From: Methanocaldococcus sp. 28A | GTDB lineage: Archaea > AGJL01 > Methanococci > Methanococcales > Methanocaldococcaceae | DNA length: 64,000 nt | Assembly: GCA_049852185.1 (NCBI GenBank) | Contig: CP187540.1 | Reading direction: 5' to 3' (one strand) | Part shown: in pieces, positions 24,104 to 34,991 of the stretch | Layout: each line of letters opens with the position of its first letter | Numbering within the stretch: the stretch's first letter is position 1 | Notes under the pieces: model-generated | Databases searched by the model: none | Seen by the model: the letters and a program-made list of their open reading frames with translations, nothing else | Told to the model about the DNA's origin: nothing | Position numbers and translations under genes: made by a program

Positions 24104-25227
24104 AATCCAAATTTTAATGGAATTTCCTTGCCATCTTTTATAGCAACAATACTTCTCTCTGTACATGAAATACAGGGGTCGATACTTGCATAAGCCGATA
24201 AAGCATCAGCTACTGTTGGGCAGGTTTTCAGCATATATTTATAAGCTTCCAAGTTCATTACTGTTGGAGTTCTAATCATTATTCTTTTTATTATCCCTCC
24301 ATCTGTAACCTCTATTCTATATGTTACCTCCCCTCTATGTGCTTCATTTCTCCACTCTCCTTCTCCTCCTTTAATGTCTGCTTTAACTCTTATATCTCCT
24401 GAACATTCCTCATAGAGTTCTAAAGCTTTTCTAATTAGCCTAATACTTTCAATAATCTCTTCATGTCTTACCATCATTCTTGCAAAATTATCTCCTTCTT
24501 CCCTCCACACTGGTTTAAAATTTAACTCTTGATATGTTGGATGTCTCAATCTCCAATCACTCTCTGGGAGTCCAGAACCTCTACATACAGGACCTACTGC
24601 CCTTGTTCTCATAATTTCGTGATAAGGTAATATACCAATTCCTTTACTTCTCAAAGCGATTAATGGTCCAGTTTCAAATACTTCAATAATATTTTTTATT
24701 TCATCTTCAAAGATATCAAGTTTTTTGTAAATTTCGTCAATCATCTCTCTATTTATATCTCTTCTAACTCCTCCAATGACATTATAACCCATATTAACTC
24801 TATTTCCACTTATCATTTCTAATAAATCCATAATTATTTCTCTAACATTCAAAAGCCACATACCAAGTGTTTCATGTTCAATAGAAAAATTATATACTGC
24901 AGAAGCTATTAAATGACTATGTATTCTTTCTAACTCACAAGTTATTACTCTCAAATATCTCGCTTTGTCTGGAACCTCTATATTTGATATATGCTCAATA
25001 CATTCAGCAAATGTCATTGTATGAATGTAAGAACAGATTCCACAAACTCTTTCAGCTAAATGTATACATTTATGACAGTGTTTTCCTTCCATAATTTTTT
25101 CTATACCTCTATGCACATAACCCATCTCAATTTCAACATCAACAGGTTTTTCTCCATCTAAAACAAGTTTAATTCTCAATGGCTCTTTTAATATTGGATG
25201 AATTGGTCCTATAGGAATTGTTGCCAT
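24079..25227 (-). CDS. ehaO: Eha [NiFe]-hydrogenase large subunit
   Basis: ERVCGICS and DPCISCTER motifs (group 4 hydrogenase). Confidence 0.95.
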   Translation of the reverse strand: MATIPIGPIHPILKEPLRIKLVLDGEKPVDVEIEMGYVHRGIEKIMEGKHCHKCIHLAERVCGICSYIHTMTFAECIEHISNIEVPDKARYLRVITCELERIHSHLIASAVYNFSIEHETLGMWLLNVREIIMDLLEMISGNRVNMGYNVIGGVRRDINREMIDEIYKKLDIFEDEIKNIIEVFETGPLIALRSKGIGILPYHEIMRTRAVGPVCRGSGLPESDWRLRHPTYQELNFKPVWREEGDNFARMMVRHEEIIESIRLIRKALELYEECSGDIRVKADIKGGEGEWRNEAHRGEVTYRIEVTDGGIIKRIMIRTPTVMNLEAYKYMLKTCPTVADALSAYASIDPCISCTERSIVAIKDGKEIPLKFGFIVVCKMK

Positions 25228-25246
25228 AATAATCACATTTATTAAT

Positions 25247-25690
25247 TTATAAAGCTTTTTTTAGTTTTTTTTCTCTCATTGCTATGGCTTTAGGAGCTAC
25301 TTTTAATATTGCTTCAATAATCTCAGAAGGTCTTGGAGGACAGCCTGGAATTTTTGCATCTACTGGAATTATTTTGTGAACCCCTCCAACAACATGTCCT
25401 TCTTTAAAAATTCCTCCACTTAAAGCACATGCCCCTACAGCAACGACAACTTTAGGTTCTGGTGTCTTTTCATAAATTTCTTTTAGCTTTTCAGCCCATT
25501 GTAAAGTTACAGGCCCTGTAATAAGCAGAACATCAGCCTCTCTTGGGTTGTTATGGACATAAATCCCATACTGCTCTATATCATATCTTGGAGCTAAGCA
25601 AGAGACAATTTCAATATCACATCCATTACAACCCCCAGTGTTAACAATACATACATGTATTGACCTTTTTCTAATTAGTTCTTTTATCAT
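25247..25690 (-). CDS. ehaN: Eha hydrogenase small subunit
   Basis: [21 protein letters not shown] motifs. Confidence 0.95.
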   Translation of the reverse strand: MIKELIRKRSIHVCIVNTGGCNGCDIEIVSCLAPRYDIEQYGIYVHNNPREADVLLITGPVTLQWAEKLKEIYEKTPEPKVVVAVGACALSGGIFKEGHVVGGVHKIIPVDAKIPGCPPRPSEIIEAILKVAPKAIAMREKKLKKAL

Positions 25691-25692
25691 GA

Positions 25693-26106
25693 TTATTCCT
25701 CCTTCAACAATTTAATAATCATCTCTCTTCCCTCTTCCAAAGCTTCCTTATATGGTTTTTTATACAACAAATGGCTCTCAACAACCTTTTTTCTAATTAA
25801 ATCAGCCTCTTCCTTTTTTATTAATCCAAAGAAATCACTAAGCCAACACAACCCTAAATCAATATCTACCTTCCTACCCAAACAACCCATCTTTGCTTGT
25901 TCTGCATAGGCATGAAGCTCATAACAAGAAGCAAAATCCAATTTTTTGGCAAATATTTCAATAACTTCATCAACATCAATTTTTAATGCCTTAGCTATTG
26001 GAATAAATACATCATCCATTAAAAATCTATTATCTTTAAGAACGTTTATTTTTTGTTTTAGAGCATTTTCAACATATTTTTTGTCAGTATCTACAATATC
26101 AGTCAT
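25693..26106 (-). CDS. ehaM: Eha subunit M
   Basis: [15 protein letters not shown]; operon position. Confidence 0.85.
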   Translation of the reverse strand: MTDIVDTDKKYVENALKQKINVLKDNRFLMDDVFIPIAKALKIDVDEVIEIFAKKLDFASCYELHAYAEQAKMGCLGRKVDIDLGLCWLSDFFGLIKKEEADLIRKKVVESHLLYKKPYKEALEEGREMIIKLLKEE

Positions 26107-26109
26107 AAG

Positions 26110-26394
26110 TTACCACCTCAAAATATGGAGCAATAAAGCTATAATCAATCCAACAATAAACTCAATCCTTCCATATCCTGGCCTCATTCCTAAAGGAAAT
26201 CCAATTAATAAGCATCCAAGCATATACAATGGAGAATTTACTAAAATTCCACCAAGTATTGATAAAGCTAAGGCAATTTTATCAATATTTTTTTCCACAT
26301 AAGGGGAGGAATATTTTCTATAACTGTATTCCAATCCAATAAAATTTCCAACAATAAACAAAATTATTGCTAAATTTAACTCAAATAATCCCAT
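26110..26394 (-). CDS. ehaL: Eha membrane subunit L
   Basis: GLEYSYRKY and GMRPGYGR motifs. Confidence 0.85.
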   Translation of the reverse strand: MGLFELNLAIILFIVGNFIGLEYSYRKYSSPYVEKNIDKIALALSILGGILVNSPLYMLGCLLIGFPLGMRPGYGRIEFIVGLIIALLLHILRW

Positions 26395-26402
26395 AATTCC
26401 AC

Positions 26403-26648
26403 CTATGCAGGAATATATAGCTTATATAATGTATATGAAAATATAGCTAAAACCACTAACATAAAGATAATTTCAAGAGTTTCCATTTTATGAGCCATTT
26501 TTTTGTTTGTAATTGAAATAGTCAATATTAAGATTAATCCAAATATCAAAACTACTGAAATAACATTAAATTGCATTAATGTTACAAGTATTCCATAAAT
26601 CAATGCAATAATACAAGCAATTGCAAATAAATAGACATAATTTTTCAT
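26403..26648 (-). CDS. ehaK: Eha membrane subunit K
   Basis: Small 3-TM protein; operon position. Confidence 0.75.
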   Translation of the reverse strand: MKNYVYLFAIACIIALIYGILVTLMQFNVISVVLIFGLILILTISITNKKMAHKMETLEIIFMLVVLAIFSYTLYKLYIPA

Positions 26649-26678
26649 TTTTATCCCCCTGCTATTACTGTATAGAAC

Positions 26679-26753
26679 CCATAAAGAAGCGTCGCCCCTT
26701 TATTGAGATACTCTCCACCCTGGGGTATACCAATAGGGGCGAAGCCCCTATGG
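26679..26753. mobile_element. Family-3 GC-rich palindromic element (two inverted ends) flanked by duplicated ehaJ-ehaK junction
   Basis: CCATAAAG..GCCCCTTTATTGAGATAC / GGGGTATACCAATAGGGGCGAAGCCCCTATGG; 26-bp perfect direct repeat 26635-26660 = 26759-26784. Confidence 0.8.
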
Positions 26754-26774
26754 ATACAACATAATTTTTCATTT

Positions 26775-27653
26775 TTATCCCCCTATTAGTAATCTATATA
26801 ATACATCACACAATACGAGCCCTGCAATTGTCATTTGAAGCATAACTGAGTGGTGAGGTGCTAATAAAGGAGTTAATCCATTAACAAATGCCAAAATTAC
26901 TGTCATTATTATCATTGCTGTCAATGTCAATATAGGGCTGTTTATTACTGAAGGTCCAATAAATACAGCTATAAACAGCCAAAGCAATACAAAGTAAGCT
27001 ATTGCATCAGCAATATAAATTATAGAGCCCAACAAACCATAATGTTCTGTCATATATCCACTAACAATATCTTTACCCTTAACAATTCCAAATGGACTGT
27101 TAGGAGACTTTGAAACAAGCAATATAAAGAATGCAAATGCACAAATTGGCATTTTAAACAATAAACTTCCGTTTATTTCTTGAAATTTTAATATATCTGA
27201 AATTAAAACTGAGTGTGTAGTTAAATAGATAGCAGCAACAACAGCAAATAATGGAACTTCTGCAGCTGCTGAGAAGACACTTCTAACTCCACCAAGTTTT
27301 CCATAAGGAGAACCAGAAGACAAACCACAACCATGCTCAACAATCTTTTGCAATACATAGATTCCAATTATTATGAGTAAAGAGGACTTGAAATCAATAG
27401 CTATAATTAACGCTGCCAACCATATAGCTACATCCAATAAAGCAACAAATATATAGAGTGGATTTCCAGCAGTTATTGGGAAAGTTACTTCTTTTACATA
27501 GAATTTTAGAGTATGTAATAAATATTGGATGATTGGAGGGCCAGGTCTGCCTTGAATTCTTGCCATTATCTTTCTATGTAATCCAAGTAATAGAGAACCT
27601 ACAAGAAATGCGTGAATTGTTAAGTTTATTGTATTAATTATTGATGTATCCAT
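26775..27653 (-). CDS. ehaJ: Eha subunit J (NuoH-like)
   Basis: RKIMARIQGRPGPP and SGYMTEH motifs. Confidence 0.92.
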   Translation of the reverse strand: MDTSIINTINLTIHAFLVGSLLLGLHRKIMARIQGRPGPPIIQYLLHTLKFYVKEVTFPITAGNPLYIFVALLDVAIWLAALIIAIDFKSSLLIIIGIYVLQKIVEHGCGLSSGSPYGKLGGVRSVFSAAAEVPLFAVVAAIYLTTHSVLISDILKFQEINGSLLFKMPICAFAFFILLVSKSPNSPFGIVKGKDIVSGYMTEHYGLLGSIIYIADAIAYFVLLWLFIAVFIGPSVINSPILTLTAMIIMTVILAFVNGLTPLLAPHHSVMLQMTIAGLVLCDVLYRLLIGG

Positions 27654-27673
27654 AAAACCACCCAAATTTTTAT

Positions 27674-27874
27674 TTAGTATCCTCTAAATGGCAATTTTCC
27701 AATATCTTTTCTTCTTGTTTTTGGAATTACAAATGCTCCAATTCCATACAACAAAGTAGGAACTGCAATAACATACAATATATAGCATATCAACCCACTA
27801 AACAAGATAATTCCAATAACACACAACAAACCTACAATTAATGAATACAGTCCAAATTTTCTCTCTTCATCCAT
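27674..27874 (-). CDS. ehaI: Eha subunit I
   Basis: Two TM segments; GKLPFRGY C-terminus; operon position. Confidence 0.8.
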   Translation of the reverse strand: MDEERKFGLYSLIVGLLCVIGIILFSGLICYILYVIAVPTLLYGIGAFVIPKTRRKDIGKLPFRGY

Positions 27875-27883
27875 ATTTTCACC

Positions 27884-28540
27884 TTAAATTGTCAATAAAA
27901 TCTCAACGGTTCTAACAATCAATAATAGTGAGGAAAGGTGTATCATCAATATGTATGGTGAGCCAGGAGCTCTAAACATCTCCGCCTTAGCAGCATAGAA
28001 AGGAGCTATTCCAGTTTCTCCAGCCATTCCTGCTGCAAAAATAATTTTTTCAAATAATAAAGATGCAGAAGTTTTTGGTAATTCAAATAGTGATAATGTT
28101 CCAGTTTTAGCTAATATTAATCCAGCAGAGCCAAACAATGGAAGAGTTGATATCATTGCTATAAGCCCATATTGATAGCTTGCATTTAAAACCCATTCCT
28201 TTTTTACAGCAGAAACTATTCCAATATTTGCAATTCCAACTAATGTTAAGAATAAAGCATAATCAAACAAATCATAAGTAAGCATGGCTCCAGCAGTGGC
28301 TATTCCACAAACTATAGCCATCATTCTCCTAATTTTTAATTCTTTTAGTGTAACAACTTCTAATTTATCTTCAACTTTAAATTTTTGAGCTTCTAATTGC
28401 TTTTCAGGTTTTGTCAAATATACAATGATTGTGAATATCACTGCAGTAATAAATCCAATAATTGAAAACTCTGAAAACCCAAATACAATATCTCCAAAAG
28501 GGACTATCCCCATTAGAAATCCAGATATTGTTTCAATCAT
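27884..28540 (-). CDS. ehaH: Eha subunit H (antiporter-like)
   Basis: [20 protein letters not shown] motif. Confidence 0.88.
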   Translation of the reverse strand: MIETISGFLMGIVPFGDIVFGFSEFSIIGFITAVIFTIIVYLTKPEKQLEAQKFKVEDKLEVVTLKELKIRRMMAIVCGIATAGAMLTYDLFDYALFLTLVGIANIGIVSAVKKEWVLNASYQYGLIAMISTLPLFGSAGLILAKTGTLSLFELPKTSASLLFEKIIFAAGMAGETGIAPFYAAKAEMFRAPGSPYILMIHLSSLLLIVRTVEILLTI

Positions 28541-29226
28541 TTTACTTCACCTATATACCCAATAAGCCCTAATTTTGAACCTACTTTTATAACCAAACCT
28601 AAACCTGCCATTAATAGAAATAAAAGCCACTTATCTGGAAATAGAAAGAACCCTAAAAATCCTATAACCCATAAAGCCCATGCGATTCCTGATAGCCCAG
28701 ATATTCCTTCCCACATAGTCATTAACTCTTTTGAAATATTTAGTCCAAGAACTCTTTGAGATAATGCATAAAACAACAATCCAGTAGCTATAACTGCTCC
28801 TCCTGTAAATCCGCTCAATATAGCACCATAAATAATTAAAACTATTGATAAAAACTTAGGTGAAGTTTTTAAAACCTCCATTTGAACATTATATTTTAAT
28901 TCTCCAGTATGTAGTGGAAGCTTAAATTCTTCAAACAATCTATAACTTCTTGACTTAGGTCTTTTTGATTTTAGATATTTTCTTGTTATTAAAACCTCTG
29001 AAACAGCCATAAGTTCAGCTAAACTAACAACTAATCCAGGGAGAATTAATGCCTCAGCTAAATCCGTATCAACTCCTGCTATAATTATGAGCATAGCACA
29101 TTCAATAATATCAGTCAATATTAAAGCATGTAAATCATCTTTTTGAAATCCAATAGCCAATAACGATAAAATTCCAATGGCAAACCCAACTAATATAGTT
29201 GAATGATAGAAATAAGTTATATCCAT
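28537..29226 (-). CDS. ehaG: Eha subunit G
   Basis: [13 protein letters not shown] and GFTGGAV motifs. Confidence 0.85.
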   Translation of the reverse strand: MDITYFYHSTILVGFAIGILSLLAIGFQKDDLHALILTDIIECAMLIIIAGVDTDLAEALILPGLVVSLAELMAVSEVLITRKYLKSKRPKSRSYRLFEEFKLPLHTGELKYNVQMEVLKTSPKFLSIVLIIYGAILSGFTGGAVIATGLLFYALSQRVLGLNISKELMTMWEGISGLSGIAWALWVIGFLGFFLFPDKWLLFLLMAGLGLVIKVGSKLGLIGYIGEVK

Positions 29227-29235
29227 GTTTCTCAC

Positions 29236-29697
29236 CTAATCCTTGTTGAAGAACATCCAACTGAATATCATGAAAGAGATTAGCAAGATAGAGCTTTCAA
29301 GCACGGTATCCATACCTCTTGTGTAGTAGAGAATTTCGTCCAATATTCCCCCAGGTGTTGAAACTATCGTTGTACCAAAGTAGTAGGTTTTATCTTTAAT
29401 CCACTCAGCTATTGGTGTTAAATAAGCAGTAATTTTCCCAAGATTTGGAGAATATTGGGGATATTGAGCTTTTAATATTGCTGGCTCTTTTAGAGGAATT
29501 CCTCCTCTATCATAAGGAGCTAATGGTGTTTTTAATGTCTGAGAGTGAGGAATTGGTTTAGGATAGAGTTGATTAGGATTTAAATAATGAGGCATTAATA
29601 ATCCAAATATAAAGACCAAAGCTAAGAATACAGAGAATATTCTTGGAACAATCTCAGGTTTTGATAGGTAGTTCCATATTTTCCCCAATTGTTTCAT
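29236..29697 (-). CDS. ehaF: Eha subunit F
   Basis: PYDRGG and [17 protein letters not shown] motifs. Confidence 0.85.
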   Translation of the reverse strand: MKQLGKIWNYLSKPEIVPRIFSVFLALVFIFGLLMPHYLNPNQLYPKPIPHSQTLKTPLAPYDRGGIPLKEPAILKAQYPQYSPNLGKITAYLTPIAEWIKDKTYYFGTTIVSTPGGILDEILYYTRGMDTVLESSILLISFMIFSWMFFNKD

Positions 29698-29709
29698 TCT
29701 TTCCCTCTA

Positions 29710-29970
29710 TTATTCATTTTCTTCAAATCCTGCATTTAATATCACAACTCTAACCAAAATCAAACTTAAAATTGCATTAACTGCAATAAATGTCATTAAT
29801 GCCAAAGTTTCGTCATATGCTAAGAATATTAAAGAGACCCCTATTGTTGGCACTTCAACATTCAGCATTCTAATAAATGGATTATCAACTTTTGGCCCAA
29901 TAACGGCCCCAAGAGTCCCAATAATCAGTAATGTATATCCAATATAGAGAAGATATTCTACAAGTTCCAT
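29710..29970 (-). CDS. ehaE: Eha subunit E
   Basis: RMLNVEVP; operon position; start after GGGGGAGG RBS. Confidence 0.8.
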   Translation of the reverse strand: MELVEYLLYIGYTLLIIGTLGAVIGPKVDNPFIRMLNVEVPTIGVSLIFLAYDETLALMTFIAVNAILSLILVRVVILNAGFEENE

Positions 29971-29993
29971 AAACCTCCCCCAAACATCTTTCA

Positions 29994-30272
29994 TTATTTA
30001 GGCAATATTGGAAGATTTCTCCCATATTTTTTCTTTTTCTTTATAGTTGTTACATATTTTAGATATCCAAGCAATAAGATTATAGTGCAAATTGGTTCAC
30101 AGATTGAAGAGATTATGGCTATATCCAAGTAATAACTTGATACAATTAAACCAAGCATCCCAATTTCCAATAACGCAAACATAATAATTTTGTTTATTGG
30201 ATTTGTATGCAAGATAACTCCAATTCCTCCTAATATACAACATATTCCTGATATTAATAGTAGAATCTCCAA
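29994..30272 (-). CDS. ehaD: Eha subunit D
   Basis: YLDIA..EP membrane protein; operon position. Confidence 0.8.
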   Translation of the reverse strand: MEILLLISGICCILGGIGVILHTNPINKIIMFALLEIGMLGLIVSSYYLDIAIISSICEPICTIILLLGYLKYVTTIKKKKKYGRNLPILPK

Positions 30273-30280
30273 AATTTCAC

Positions 30281-30526
30281 CTATTCAATATGTTTTGTCT
30301 GTTCTATTGTATAAGCGATTGCATTAGATGACAACGTCGAGCATATAAAGTAAATTATAGCTACAATTCCCCCCATTGGACTATTGACATATAAAGCAAT
30401 CAATGCAGAGATACAAAAGCTTAAACAGCAAAGATACAGCAATTTCCTTGCCCTACTTCTCTCTAAGAATATCCTTACTATCATTAACAATGCAATAAAT
30501 CCAATAATTATTTCAACTATATCCAT
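30281..30526 (-). CDS. ehaC: Eha subunit C
   Basis: RARKLLYL...STLSSNAIAYT. Confidence 0.8.
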   Translation of the reverse strand: MDIVEIIIGFIALLMIVRIFLERSRARKLLYLCCLSFCISALIALYVNSPMGGIVAIIYFICSTLSSNAIAYTIEQTKHIE

Positions 30527-31020
30527 CATTCCCCTCTATTCATCTTTTTAGCTATCTTTCCAAGCAATATTGAAGCCCATTTATGTTCAAATCCTTGTAT
30601 TGTGAATATTGCCAAAACCATTCCTGCGATGAAATACTTTGCCTCAATTATTGGATTTAAGATGTAGATGATGAAAGTTATTGTTAAAGCTCCAATGGTT
30701 CCAGCATAACCAGGGTCTGCACATAAACGATTGCCAATCCAAACTAATAAAGCCGCTATTAGCCCACCTTCAACTCCCATTAAATAGCTCATTATTGAAG
30801 CTAACAATGTCCCTGCTGAAGCGTCTGGAGAGCAAACAATATTTCCCATAAAATAGCCACCATGAATATTTCCACCAATGTCTCTAATTTTCTCCCCTAT
30901 TGTCTTAGCACCTAAAACACCTGGCTTTTCTGGCAATCCAAAATATGTATCAATGAGAACAAAGTTAAGCCAACATATAATTCCTGCTACAATAACTTTT
31001 ATAATCTCAAAAGCTTCCAT
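30526..31020 (-). CDS. ehaB: Eha subunit B
   Basis: [29 protein letters not shown] motifs. Confidence 0.85.
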   Translation of the reverse strand: MEAFEIIKVIVAGIICWLNFVLIDTYFGLPEKPGVLGAKTIGEKIRDIGGNIHGGYFMGNIVCSPDASAGTLLASIMSYLMGVEGGLIAALLVWIGNRLCADPGYAGTIGALTITFIIYILNPIIEAKYFIAGMVLAIFTIQGFEHKWASILLGKIAKKMNRGE

Positions 31021-31286
31021 TATGGCTCACCAAACAACTTATCTGCATATTTTGATAACAAAGCTCCAAATATGCCAGCAAGGATTGCTAAGCTTATATA
31101 ATCTCCAAATAGATTTCTAAATATTGCCTCAATGCCTAAAGCCAATATTGGTGTTGGAAACATAATAGATGTCTCAAAGCTAAACCTTATTGGCTTTTCT
31201 TTTGGAAGTAACGGAAGTTTTAAGATTAAAGCAACGATAATTGATGTTATTAAAGCTATTAAATATAAAATAATTATGTTTATCAC
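31020..31286 (-). CDS. ehaA: Eha subunit A
   Basis: [15 protein letters not shown] motif. Confidence 0.8.
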   Translation of the reverse strand: MINIIILYLIALITSIIVALILKLPLLPKEKPIRFSFETSIMFPTPILALGIEAIFRNLFGDYISLAILAGIFGALLSKYADKLFGEP

Positions 31287-31290
31287 CTTC

Positions 31291-31929
31291 TCACCAACAA
31301 TGAATTATAATACAATCTTTATTTGTTGAATAAATTGGTGGAACCTCATCTTTTGGGAATACTTGAATAATAACTTTTTTACCTGTTTTTTTCATAAATT
31401 TTTTTTCTAATCTTCTAACATCTGAACAATCTAATAATATCTCAACATATTTATTATCAAGATGTTTTCCTATAACTCTTATCTTCCCTCTTGATAATTC
31501 TATACTTTCAATATTCATTACTTCCAATCTATTTTTCATCTCATTTAGCAGATTTTCTTTACTTATTATTAATACGGGATAACTTTCAATTGTTCTCAAG
31601 TATTTCCTATCACCTTTTTCAATAATCTCAGAAACAAAATCGGCGAAGGAGTCCTCAAATTTTAATAAAGATAGAGTATCTAAAAGTTCAATTATTGGGT
31701 CTTCAACATTGTTTAATGAGAAGCATTTTAATAAACCAAGAGTTATTGCAGTTGCTATGAGTTTAGTAGCCTGTCTTTTACCTTTCTCTAACATACTAAG
31801 ATGTGATTGGCTAATCCCACTTTCCTTAGCTAATTTTGATTGAGTAATTTTTAATTTTTCTCTAAACGCTTGAATGTATTGTGGATTTAGCAATATTGCT
31901 CTTTCAATAATTTCTAATTTTTTATACAT
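31291..31929 (-). CDS. XRE/Cro-type HTH regulator heading the eha operon
   Basis: [25 protein letters not shown]. Confidence 0.88.
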   Translation of the reverse strand: MYKKLEIIERAILLNPQYIQAFREKLKITQSKLAKESGISQSHLSMLEKGKRQATKLIATAITLGLLKCFSLNNVEDPIIELLDTLSLLKFEDSFADFVSEIIEKGDRKYLRTIESYPVLIISKENLLNEMKNRLEVMNIESIELSRGKIRVIGKHLDNKYVEILLDCSDVRRLEKKFMKKTGKKVIIQVFPKDEVPPIYSTNKDCIIIHCW

Positions 31930-32116
31930 GCTCTCACGGAATAGTTAATTCAACAAGTATATGTAGGAAAGTATATTCCGATATTTTTCATAATCAATCA
32001 TTATATTATCGCTATGGAATAATTTTATCCCATGAGAAATATATAAAAGTTACCCAAAAAAAAGAAGACGAAAAGTTTAAATATTAGATTGATTAAAAGT
32101 TCCCTTAGGTGATAAA

Positions 32117-32698
32117 ATGGAAAATATACAAAGATTGGACTGTCCAGTATGTGGTGGAAAAGGAACTTTTGTAATAACTTCTCATCAAATAGACATTCCT
32201 TACTTTGGCCCTGTATTGGAAACAACAATGATTTGTGAGAAATGTAATTTTAGAAGAAGTGATGTATTCCCATTAGAGGTTAGAGAGCCAAAAAAGTATA
32301 TGTTAAAAATTAAAAGTGAAAGAGATTTAAATAAGAGAGTTGTTAGAAGTTCTTCTGCTTATATACAAATTCCTGAGCTTGGTGTAGAGATTAAACCTGG
32401 GCCATTAGCTGAAGGATTTGTTAGCAATGTTGAAGGAGTTTTAAATAGAGTTGATAATATATTACAAACTTTAATTAGATGGGCTGAGACAGAAGAGCAA
32501 AAAAAGAAAGCTGAAGAGCTTAGGGAAAGGATAAAAAAATTAAAAGAAGGTAAAGATGAGGCAACTTTAATATTGATAGACCCATTAGGGCATAGTGCTA
32601 TTATTGGAGATGGTGTTGAAGAAGAGATATTGAGCGAAGAAGAAGTTGAAAAATTAAAAGAAGGTATTGTAATCATGGACTTAGATAAGAAAAAATAG
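32117..32698 (+). CDS. ZPR1 zinc-finger family protein
   Basis: CPVCG...IPYFG...CEKC; SNVEGVL; DPLGHS. Confidence 0.93.
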   Translation: MENIQRLDCPVCGGKGTFVITSHQIDIPYFGPVLETTMICEKCNFRRSDVFPLEVREPKKYMLKIKSERDLNKRVVRSSSAYIQIPELGVEIKPGPLAEGFVSNVEGVLNRVDNILQTLIRWAETEEQKKKAEELRERIKKLKEGKDEATLILIDPLGHSAIIGDGVEEEILSEEEVEKLKEGIVIMDLDKKK

Positions 32699-32699
32699 C

Positions 32700-32755
32700 G
32701 GCTCAGTTCGGGTAAGTATCATCACAGTTCAGCTAACCCTCTTTTCATCATTGCC
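32700..32755 (-). ncRNA. C/D-box 2'-O-methylation guide sRNA
   Basis: GGC-A-AUGAUGA-(12 nt)-CUGA-ACU-GUGAUGA-(12 nt)-CUGA-GCC; guides complementary to conserved 23S rRNA sequences UAACCCUCUU and UCGGGUAAGU. Confidence 0.92.
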
Positions 32756-32854
32756 ATATTTACATATTGTTTTTTAAAGTTTTTAATAGTTTTCACAGTT
32801 TATATATTCATTATATTTTCATTATATTAAATATTTATTCTTGCAAAGTTATAT

Positions 32855-32965
32855 TATAGTTGTGTGCAAAAATAAACTTTATAATGGACAATTTAAATGC
32901 TTTCCTTTTGAAAAGATATTCATTAATATCATTATTAATTATAAATACTTTTATATACACTTATA
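32855..32965. mobile_element. Family-1 MITE (reversed, right half degenerate)
   Basis: Intact left TIR; decayed hairpin and right TIR. Confidence 0.7.
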
Positions 32966-33050
32966 ACATCTTTGTAAGTAAAAAGGTTTTTATTCTATTA
33001 CTCTAAATTATTATGTATAAAAGTATTAAGAAAGCAAAAATGGTGAAACC

Positions 33051-33488
33051 TTGTACAAAAAAATAGTCATTCCAACTGACGGCTCAGAAGTTTCATTAGA
33101 AGCTGCAAAGCATGCAGTTAATATAGCTAAAGAATTTGATGCTGAGGTTTACGCAATATATGTTGTTGATGTCTCTCCATTTGTTGGGCTACCTGCAGAA
33201 GGAAGCTGGGAATTGATAAGTGAATTACTAAAAGAGGAGGGGCATGAGGCTTTAAAAAAGGTTAAAAAATTAGCCGAAGAGTTTGGTGTAGAAGTTCATA
33301 CAGAAATGCTGGAGGGTGTTCCTGCAAAAGAAATCGTTGAATTTGCTGAAAAGAAAAAAGCAGATTTAATTGTTATTGGAACTACAGGAAAAACTGGATT
33401 GGAGAGAATATTACTTGGTAGTGTTGCTGAAAGAGTTATTAAAAATTCTCACTGTCCGGTTTTAGTTGTCAAAAAGCCAAAAAAATAA
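33051..33488 (+). CDS. Universal stress protein
   Basis: KKIVIPTDGS and LLGSVAERV...CPVLVV motifs. Confidence 0.95.
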   Translation: MYKKIVIPTDGSEVSLEAAKHAVNIAKEFDAEVYAIYVVDVSPFVGLPAEGSWELISELLKEEGHEALKKVKKLAEEFGVEVHTEMLEGVPAKEIVEFAEKKKADLIVIGTTGKTGLERILLGSVAERVIKNSHCPVLVVKKPKK

Positions 33489-33490
33489 AC

Positions 33491-34666
33491 TTATAATAAA
33501 TCTTTGAAGTATTTTAAAAGGATGGGTTTTTTAGTTATTATTATTTTAACAAATTTTTTTAAATCTATACCCTCTAAACTCTCTCCTAAAGCTTCTGCTA
33601 AAGCATCCAACTCCTCATCACTCATTTTCTCTAAGATTTTTCTATATTTTAAATGATTCATTAAATACTCATAATGCTTTTCTTTCCATCTTCTTTCATA
33701 TTCTTTTAATGTTTTTTCAGTCCAGTCATTTGCTTTTATTGCTTTACTTGCCACTTCTCCAGCAATTAATCCACAATCCATAGCCAAATAAATTCCTCCA
33801 CCAGTTAATGGGCTTATTTGCCCAGCAGCATCTCCAACAACTAAAAGACCATCAGTATAGGTTTTTTCTATAGGGCCAGAAACTGGAGCTCCTCCAACTT
33901 TAAATTCTATTGGTGTTGCATTTTTTAATCTATCTTTAGCTAAGCCATTTTCTATAAATTCTTCTAAATAATCAATTGCCTTCTTTTTCTTATCTCTAAC
34001 TCCTAAGCCAACATTTGCCGTATCTCCTTTAGGGAATATCCAAACATAACCTCCTGGAGCAACTTCATTCCCAAAATAGAATTCCATCATATTTTTATCC
34101 AACAATTCAACATTTGTCATTTCATATTCTACACAGGAACAAACTTCTAATGGTTTTTTCTTTGCTTTTAGTCCTGCATATTCAGCAATATTGCTTTCTA
34201 CACCATCGGCAGCTATAACCACTTTAGTTTTTATAACATACTCTTCCCCTAAGAACTCAACTATAACATTCCAATAATCCCCTTCCCTTTCTAAACCAAC
34301 AACCATTGATTTTACTGCCACTTTAGCTCCAGCTTTAGCTGCTCTTATCGCTAAATATTTATCAAAAATCTTTCTTTCAACTATATATCCTTGAGCTTTA
34401 TCTTGAGTTATTGTAATCTTTTTTCCAGATGGAGAGAAGAGAATTCCTCCTCTAATTGTATTTCTAACAAACTCTGGTTCTGGTTTTAATCCAAATTCCT
34501 CTATTGATGGAATTGCCTCAGCACACCTAACTGGTTCTCCAATCTCCTGAGATTTCTCAATTAATAGTGTTTTGGCTCCATTCTTTGCTGATGCATAACT
34601 TGCCATGCTTCCTCCTGGTCCAGCTCCAACAACCACTACATCATATACATCATTTAACTCTCTCAT
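33491..34666 (-). CDS. Geranylgeranyl reductase family (DGGGPL reductase)
   Basis: [35 protein letters not shown] motifs. Confidence 0.92.
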   Translation of the reverse strand: MRELNDVYDVVVVGAGPGGSMASYASAKNGAKTLLIEKSQEIGEPVRCAEAIPSIEEFGLKPEPEFVRNTIRGGILFSPSGKKITITQDKAQGYIVERKIFDKYLAIRAAKAGAKVAVKSMVVGLEREGDYWNVIVEFLGEEYVIKTKVVIAADGVESNIAEYAGLKAKKKPLEVCSCVEYEMTNVELLDKNMMEFYFGNEVAPGGYVWIFPKGDTANVGLGVRDKKKKAIDYLEEFIENGLAKDRLKNATPIEFKVGGAPVSGPIEKTYTDGLLVVGDAAGQISPLTGGGIYLAMDCGLIAGEVASKAIKANDWTEKTLKEYERRWKEKHYEYLMNHLKYRKILEKMSDEELDALAEALGESLEGIDLKKFVKIIITKKPILLKYFKDLL

Positions 34667-34836
34667 TATTCTCCCTCTAATGCATTTAATGGGCATACTA
34701 TTGTGCATAATTTACAATTATTACATTTTTTTTCATCAATAACTATAATATATTCCATTAAATTAATTGCTAAGTTTTCACAAACTCCAACACATGCTCC
34801 ACAATAACCACATTTTTTATGATTTATTTTTACCAT
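34666..34836 (-). CDS. Ferredoxin coupled to the reductase gene
   Basis: [11 protein letters not shown] and [12 protein letters not shown] motifs. Confidence 0.9.
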   Translation of the reverse strand: MVKINHKKCGYCGACVGVCENLAINLMEYIIVIDEKKCNNCKLCTIVCPLNALEGE

Positions 34837-34991
34837 AATTTCCCTCAATTTCTGCTATTGGTTAAATTATAACTTATAAGAACTATAAAATATAGGTTGT
34901 TATTGTTTATTATCACATTGACTATAAAACCTTTATGTTACAAATTTAAGTAGTTTAAGTTGTTTTTAGTAAAAATTAAATTAAAATTAAC

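Noticed and set aside
24079-25690. Selenocysteine recoding in the hydrogenase genes
   Set aside because: All metal ligands are Cys and there is no in-frame TGA.
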